A DNA stretch of 64,000 bases from Alphaproteobacteria bacterium (GTDB taxonomy: Bacteria; Pseudomonadota; Alphaproteobacteria; UBA828). A model generated the notes under the pieces. That model saw only the letters and a program-made list of their open reading frames with translations. It was not told where the DNA came from and did no database searches. This document shows, piece after piece, positions 59,433 to 64,000 of this stretch (its first letter is position 1; each line of letters opens with the position of its first letter). The DNA is taken from positions 608,001-672,000 of the forward strand of contig CBDEFM010000002.1 of NCBI GenBank assembly GCA_965237415.1, written 5' to 3'. The position numbers were made by a program, and so were the translations under genes.

Positions 59433-59487
59433 CGGGATTCGCCGGGATTAAGTGGGATTAAGTGGGATAAGTGGGATTCCGTGGGAC
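59433..59487. repeat. Helically phased tandem array of six YGGGA(TTAAG) units
   Basis: Units start at 59433, 59443, 59453, 59463, 59472, 59482; preceded by ATTTAAATTTA. Confidence 0.85.
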
Positions 59488-59620
59488 AGGGTTGCGCACG
59501 CCCGAGTCGCCCGCGCCTGAGAAAGGTCGCGGGCGCGCCAGATAGCGTCGTACGCGCGGAATCGGGTCGCTCACGCCCGCTCATCCTTTCTGCCTTGGCC
59601 CGCTCGTTCGTGCACTGCAA

Positions 59621-59694
59621 GGCGCAAGCGTGGCGCGCACGCCGTGCACCGCACCATGGTCCGGGTCGCGCGGGCCTGAAAGGTCGCGGGCGCG
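59621..59694 (+). repeat. Dispersed repeat copy B (downstream flank of the gp27-like gene)
   Basis: 25 bp identical to copy C (59640-59664 = 60649-60673), plus GCCTGAAAGGTC. Confidence 0.9.
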
Positions 59695-59746
59695 GAATCA
59701 AGAGTCGAGCGCGTGTCCGGCTGCGGCGGAGGCGGAACCCCCGGCC

Positions 59747-60550
59747 TCACCCTGGCCCGCTCCATTCCGAGGGGCAGAAGGGAGGGTCGGTCGGCCAGAG
59801 TCGGCCTTCCGCCTCCCGCCGTCTCAAGTCGGCATCCCGCGCCCTGTGCGCGTCCCATGTATCGTCTGCTTGTGCGCGTGGACGCGCGACGCGCGCCCCG
59901 GGCGCGTCCGCATCCTGCGCCCCGCCGTCAACAGGCGGCTCGGGCGTGGGGTCCGGCGGGGTGACGTGGGAGTCCTCGGCAGAGGCGGCGGCCCACTCGG
60001 AATTGGGCGGCGGCGGGTCTGTGCCCCCAGGGAAGAGGTGCCCCTCCATGGCCCGGCGGACGGTTTCGACCCGTTCGGCATGCGTCATACTGGCCGCGCG
60101 CGCGGCCGGTCCGGCGTGCGGGGCGGCGGCATCGGCTGCCGCCTGCTCGCGCTCGATGCGGAGCTTGTCGGCGCTTTCGATACGGTAGAGCGCGAGGGCA
60201 AGACGGCCGAGGTCCTCGGTCAGCACCGGCTCCTCGCGCGCGCCGAGCTCGGCCATCGTGCGGAGCGCCAGCGTTCGCAGGGTCTCGATCGCGATGAGGG
60301 CGCTGCGGCCCTCGGCGCCGGGCTCGCGGGCGCGCTTCCATTCCTCGGCAAAGCGATCGGTCTCGCGCTGCAGACAGATCAGGCCCTCCATGCGCTCGGC
60401 CCAGCAGCCCTCGTCGGAAGGCGAACTCTCGCCGTCGCGCGAACGGACGCGCGCCACGATCTCGTCCATCGTGGCACCGTCCTCAATCGCTGCGGCCACG
60501 GCGTCCTGGATTGCGGCCGGCAGCGGCTCGTCCGATGAGCCCCCGCCCAT
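59747..60550 (-). CDS. Mu gp27 / DUF3486-like (small terminase-like) protein with low-complexity tail
   Basis: SS...LPAAIQDAV..AI.DGAT.DEIV, IETLRTLA, LGRLALALYRIESA...ERE pattern recognised by eye; GGAG/AGG upstream. Confidence 0.62.
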   Translation of the reverse strand: MGGGSSDEPLPAAIQDAVAAAIEDGATMDEIVARVRSRDGESSPSDEGCWAERMEGLICLQRETDRFAEEWKRAREPGAEGRSALIAIETLRTLALRTMAELGAREEPVLTEDLGRLALALYRIESADKLRIEREQAAADAAAPHAGPAARAASMTHAERVETVRRAMEGHLFPGGTDPPPPNSEWAAASAEDSHVTPPDPTPEPPVDGGAQDADAPGARVARPRAQADDTWDAHRARDADLRRREAEGRLWPTDPPFCPSEWSGPG

Positions 60551-60648
60551 CGCACCTGTCGTGCTCCGCTCGCTCTCGCACTGCGTCGCGCGGATACGCG
60601 CGCGGGAAAATAGTCGACCCATCGCGCGATCCTGGCGCGGGCACCACG

Positions 60649-60736
60649 CGCCGTGCACCGCACCATGGTCCGGCGGCGCGCGTGCCTGAAAGGTCCCGCG
60701 CGCAGAGAGGAGTTACGCCCGCAGGGTCGTGCGCGC
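60649..60736 (+). repeat. Dispersed repeat copy C (upstream flank of the gp27-like gene)
   Basis: Shares 25 bp with copy B and a different 22 bp (60715-60736) with copy A. Confidence 0.9.
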
Positions 60737-60781
60737 ATGGGCGAACAGGTACAGGGGGCTGTAGCGTCCCGCTCTTGGTAT

Positions 60782-61711
60782 CTATTGGGGTTCGTTCTTG
60801 TGCGTCACGCCTTCGGTGGGATCGGTTGTCGCCGCGCCGGCTGATGAGCGGCGCTCGGCTTGCTTGGCCTCCTCCCACAGCCGGTCCAGCTCGGCGAGGC
60901 CGACCTCTCCCGCGTCGCGACCCGATTCCGCCAGCGCCCCCTCCACATGCTGGAAACGGGCCGTGAACTTGGCGTTGGCGGCTCGGAGCGCGGCCTCGGG
61001 CTCGACGCCGAGGTGGCGCGCCAGATTGACGCACGCGAACAAGAGGTCGCCAAGCTCCTCGGAAACCGTGGAGTCCGCCGACGTCGTCGAATCTGTTTTC
61101 GCTGCAGCCTCCCGCAGCTCGGCCACCTCCTCGAGCACCTTGTCGAACACCAGGGCCGCCTCCGGCCAGTCGAAGCCCACACGCGCCGCGCGCTTCTGCA
61201 GCTTCTCGGCGCGCAGCAGGGCAGGGAGGGCCAGCGCCACACCGTCCAGCACGCTGGGCGTGCGCCCTTCCGCCAGCGCCGTGGCGTTGCGCTCGGCAGC
61301 CTTTTGGGTCTCCCAGGCCCGGGTTTGCCCCGGCGACGAGCCGCGGACATCGGTTTCTTCGCCGGCGAAGACGTGGGGATGGCGGCGAATCATCTTCTCC
61401 GCGATGCCGCGCGCGACCGCGTCGAAGTCGAAGCTGCCGTCCTCGCGCGCCATTTGCGCGTGGAAGACGACCTGGAGCAGCAGGTCGCCGAGCTCGTCGC
61501 GGAGCGCCGCCCGGTCATCCTGACGGATCGCCTCGGCAACCTCGTAGGCTTCCTCGATGGTGTAAGGCGCAATCGTCTCGAAGCTCTGTTCGAGGTCCCA
61601 CGGGCAGCCGCCGGCCGGATCGCGCAGCCGCGCCATCACGTCGAGCAGTTGATCGATGCCTGCGGGCAGCGCGTGGTCGTCCTTGCGGCTCGGCGGCGGC
61701 GTATCGCTCAT
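60782..61711 (-). CDS. mazG: Nucleoside triphosphate pyrophosphohydrolase MazG
   Basis: GCPWDLEQ, EEAYEV, ELGDLLLQVVFH, RRHPHVF, GFDW, EELGDLLF. Confidence 0.95.
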   Translation of the reverse strand: MSDTPPPSRKDDHALPAGIDQLLDVMARLRDPAGGCPWDLEQSFETIAPYTIEEAYEVAEAIRQDDRAALRDELGDLLLQVVFHAQMAREDGSFDFDAVARGIAEKMIRRHPHVFAGEETDVRGSSPGQTRAWETQKAAERNATALAEGRTPSVLDGVALALPALLRAEKLQKRAARVGFDWPEAALVFDKVLEEVAELREAAAKTDSTTSADSTVSEELGDLLFACVNLARHLGVEPEAALRAANAKFTARFQHVEGALAESGRDAGEVGLAELDRLWEEAKQAERRSSAGAATTDPTEGVTHKNEPQ

Positions 61712-61827
61712 CGTTCAGGTGCCGTCGTCACAATTGCGAGAAGAAGGGGACGGCTGCTCCCAGGGTCGGGGAGAACCGCAGACACCGCATTGTAGACCGG
61801 TCGGGATGCCTGCTGGGCCTGAGATGT

Positions 61828-61855
61828 AATTCGCATAAGATATATTATGGAAAAT
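61828..61855 (+). other. dif: Chromosome dimer resolution site dif (XerC/XerD)
   Basis: AATTCGCATAA-GATATA-TTATGGAAAAT in an AT-rich intergenic patch; KOPS octamers converge on it. Confidence 0.85.
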
Positions 61856-61904
61856 ATTGTCCAGATCGCATAGTGTGTGGCGGTGCAATGGCTTACGGAA
61901 CGCA

Positions 61905-62675
61905 TCACAGCCGATCCGTCTCGATCGTGAGCCCGTCATGGCCCGGCACCACATCGGTCGGTAACGCATCCCGCAGCGTCTCGTAGTCGAACTGATGCGA
62001 CATGTGCGTCAGCACGGCGAGCCGCGGCCTTACCCGCGCGATCCATTCCAACGTGAGGTCCAAATGCGCGTGCGTCGGGTGTTCGCGGTAGCCGAGGCAA
62101 TCGACGATCCAGAGACGCACGCCGTCGAGCGCCGCGAAGGCCTCCTCCGGCAGCGCCTTCACGTCGGTCGAATAGGCCATATCCCCGATCCGGTACCCCG
62201 TGGTGATGCTGCGTCCGTGCCCCTGCGGAAATGGGGTCACGTCGATACCGCCAGCAGCGAACGGGCCGTCGATTTCGACCGCGTTGAGGCTGGGCTTGGC
62301 CCATCCGGCCGTGCCCATGGGCTCGAACGCGTAGGCGAAACGCTCCCTGATGGCCGCCAGCGTGGCAGCCGAGCCGTAGGTATCGAGCGCCCGCCCCATT
62401 TGAAAATTGATCGAGCGCAGGTCGTCGATCCCGTGCACGTGATCGGCATGACCATGGGTGTAAAGCACGGCATCGAGGCGCGAGACTTCCGCATCGACCA
62501 GCTGTGCATGCAGGTCTGGCGGTGTGTCGATCAGGAGCCGGGCGTGATCCGAATCGACCAGCACGGAGACCCGGCGCCGGCGGTTGCGGGGGTCCGACGA
62601 GCGGCAGACCGCGCAGTCGCAGCCGATCATCGGGACTCCGCTCGACGTGCCGCAGCCGAGAACGGTTATTTTCAT
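61905..62675 (-). CDS. MBL-fold metallo-hydrolase (PhnP-like)
   Basis: LGCGTSSGVP, THGHADHVHG, AYSTD, THMSH. Confidence 0.9.
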   Translation of the reverse strand: MKITVLGCGTSSGVPMIGCDCAVCRSSDPRNRRRRVSVLVDSDHARLLIDTPPDLHAQLVDAEVSRLDAVLYTHGHADHVHGIDDLRSINFQMGRALDTYGSAATLAAIRERFAYAFEPMGTAGWAKPSLNAVEIDGPFAAGGIDVTPFPQGHGRSITTGYRIGDMAYSTDVKALPEEAFAALDGVRLWIVDCLGYREHPTHAHLDLTLEWIARVRPRLAVLTHMSHQFDYETLRDALPTDVVPGHDGLTIETDRL

Positions 62676-63472
62676 GCGATTTCAGCGGATTGAGGGATTG
62701 ATTTAGAGAACAACTTGAAGAAATTATCGGTCGTGATTTGGGCCAGCGCGGCATCGTTGAGCCCCTTGAGCTCGGCGAGCCGCGCGGCGGTATGGACCAC
62801 GTGGGCGGGCTCGTTGCGGCGGCCGCGATGGGGCACCGGCGCGAGATAGGGCGCATCGGTCTCCACCAGCAGCCGGTCTACAGGCACGTCGCGGGCGACG
62901 GCGCGCACCTCCTCGGCGTTCTTGAAGGTCAGGATGCCCGAAAACGAGACGTAGAGGCCGATCTCCAGCGCAGTCTCGGCGACCGCGCGGCCCGCGCTGA
63001 AGCAGTGGATGACGCCGGGAAAGGCCCCCTTCCCCGCCTCCTCGCGAAGGATGCGGCAGGTATCCTCGTCCGCAGACCGCGTGTGCACGATGAGCGGCAG
63101 CCCGGTCTCCCGCGCCGCCGCGATGTGCTGGCGAAAACTGGCCTCCTGCTGGGGCCTCGGGCTGTTGTCGTAGTGGAAATCCAGCCCGGTTTCGCCAATC
63201 CCGATCACCTTCGGATGCTCCGCCATCCGAACCAGGTGGTCGGCCGACACCTCCGGCTCCTCAGCGACGTGGTGCGGATGGATCCCGACCGAGCACCAAA
63301 TCGCTTCATGGGCCTCGGCCAGGCCGCGGACCGTATCGAATTGGGTCACCCGCGTGCAGATGGTCTGCAGGGTGCCGACCCCGGCTTGCGACGCGCGCGC
63401 AAGCACGCCATCGAGATCGTCGCCGAAGTCGGGGAAGTCGAGATGGCAGTGGCTGTCAACCAGCATCCGCAT
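62672..63472 (-). CDS. tatD: TatD family deoxyribonuclease
   Basis: DSHCHL, GIHP, GETGLD, IHCF, ETDAPYL. Confidence 0.93.
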   Translation of the reverse strand: MRMLVDSHCHLDFPDFGDDLDGVLARASQAGVGTLQTICTRVTQFDTVRGLAEAHEAIWCSVGIHPHHVAEEPEVSADHLVRMAEHPKVIGIGETGLDFHYDNSPRPQQEASFRQHIAAARETGLPLIVHTRSADEDTCRILREEAGKGAFPGVIHCFSAGRAVAETALEIGLYVSFSGILTFKNAEEVRAVARDVPVDRLLVETDAPYLAPVPHRGRRNEPAHVVHTAARLAELKGLNDAALAQITTDNFFKLFSKSIPQSAEIA

Positions 63473-63486
63473 ACTCGTCCATAATC

Positions 63487-64000
63487 TCAGGAATCCGGAC
63501 TATCCTCAACGAATCGCGGGAAAATCGGCTTGGGCTTGGGCAACGGCGTGCCCGGCGCGAGGCGCCCATCGGGACCGAGCGCCGCCAGATGACGCGCGTC
63601 TTCTGCCACCCCCAGCTGATCGAGCATGCGCCCGCTCGAGGCCGGCATGAACGGCTGGGTCAGCACCGCCAGATGACGCAGGGTCTCGATCACCACATAG
63701 AGCACCGTCGCCATGCGCGCCGGGTCCTCCTTGCGCAGCACCCATGGCGCCTGCTCGTCGACGTAGCGGTTGGCCTGACCGACGACCTCCCAGATGTGGA
63801 TCAGCGCCCGGTGAAACGCCTGCTCGCTGAGGTCGGCCCGGACCGCGACCACGAGCGCCTCGGCTGCGCCCAGCAGGGCGTTGTCTGCCGCCGTGAAGGC
63901 GCCGGGCTCGGGCACGGCGGCGGCGCAGTTGCGGTTGATCATGGTCAGCACCCGCTGCGCCAGATTGCCGTAGTCGTTGGCCAGGTCGTCGTTCGTGCGG
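63487..64000 (-). CDS. metG: Methionine--tRNA ligase, C-terminal part (5' end outside the window)
   Basis: DLANDYGNLAQR, ANRYVDEQAPW, QPFMP, PIFPR; metG-tatD-MBL synteny. Confidence 0.9.
   Translation of the reverse strand, partial: RTNDDLANDYGNLAQRVLTMINRNCAAAVPEPGAFTAADNALLGAAEALVVAVRADLSEQAFHRALIHIWEVVGQANRYVDEQAPWVLRKEDPARMATVLYVVIETLRHLAVLTQPFMPASSGRMLDQLGVAEDARHLAALGPDGRLAPGTPLPKPKPIFPRFVEDSPDS

Noticed and set aside
59433-59487. CRISPR array
   Set aside because: Units are ~10 bp with no spacers and there are no cas genes; kept as a tandem array instead
102-59701. Many long antisense or alternate-frame ORFs (e.g. 102-1703, 2374-4266, 55162-57192, 57653-59701)
   Set aside because: Shadow ORFs expected in high-GC DNA opposite real genes; no recognisable motifs
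59747-60550. Intact prophage around the gp27-like gene
   Set aside because: No large terminase, portal, capsid, tail, integrase or transposase genes nearby
60783-60801. mazG 3' end CAAGAACGAACCCCAAT resembles CAAAACGAAGCCAAT near 35408
   Set aside because: Short, imperfect match seen only twice; insufficient without a genome-wide motif count

Overview
High-GC chromosomal window of an alphaproteobacterium (inferred from the ntrY-ntrX-trkA-dat-hfq-hflX...mazG-MBL hydrolase-tatD-metG gene order and a Rhizobiales-type dif site). It appears to span the replication terminus: a 28-bp dif site lies at 61828-61855 and most GGGNAGGG (KOPS) octamers I found point towards it. The left ~48 kb is accessory catabolism: hydantoinase/oxoprolinase pairs, duplicated PxpB/PxpC-like carboxyltransferases, two ABC transporters, LLM/F420-type oxidoreductases, 2-oxoglutarate dioxygenases, enolase-superfamily dehydratases, an amidase, glnS and two toxin-antitoxin pairs. 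Several of these genes are decayed (13-bp duplication frameshift, amber stop, internal deletion, IS3 remnant). The most unusual signal lies between groEL and mazG: an orphan Mu gp27/DUF3486-like (small-terminase-like) gene bracketed by ~70-90-bp direct repeats and adjacent to a helically phased YGGGA array. A solo copy of the same repeat at 42685-42792 has the hybrid structure expected after cassette excision. Also noted are a 68-bp inverted repeat pair bracketing a 7.5-kb block and a second, inverted dif-like half-site after hflX. All family assignments come from motif recognition by eye; no searches were run.
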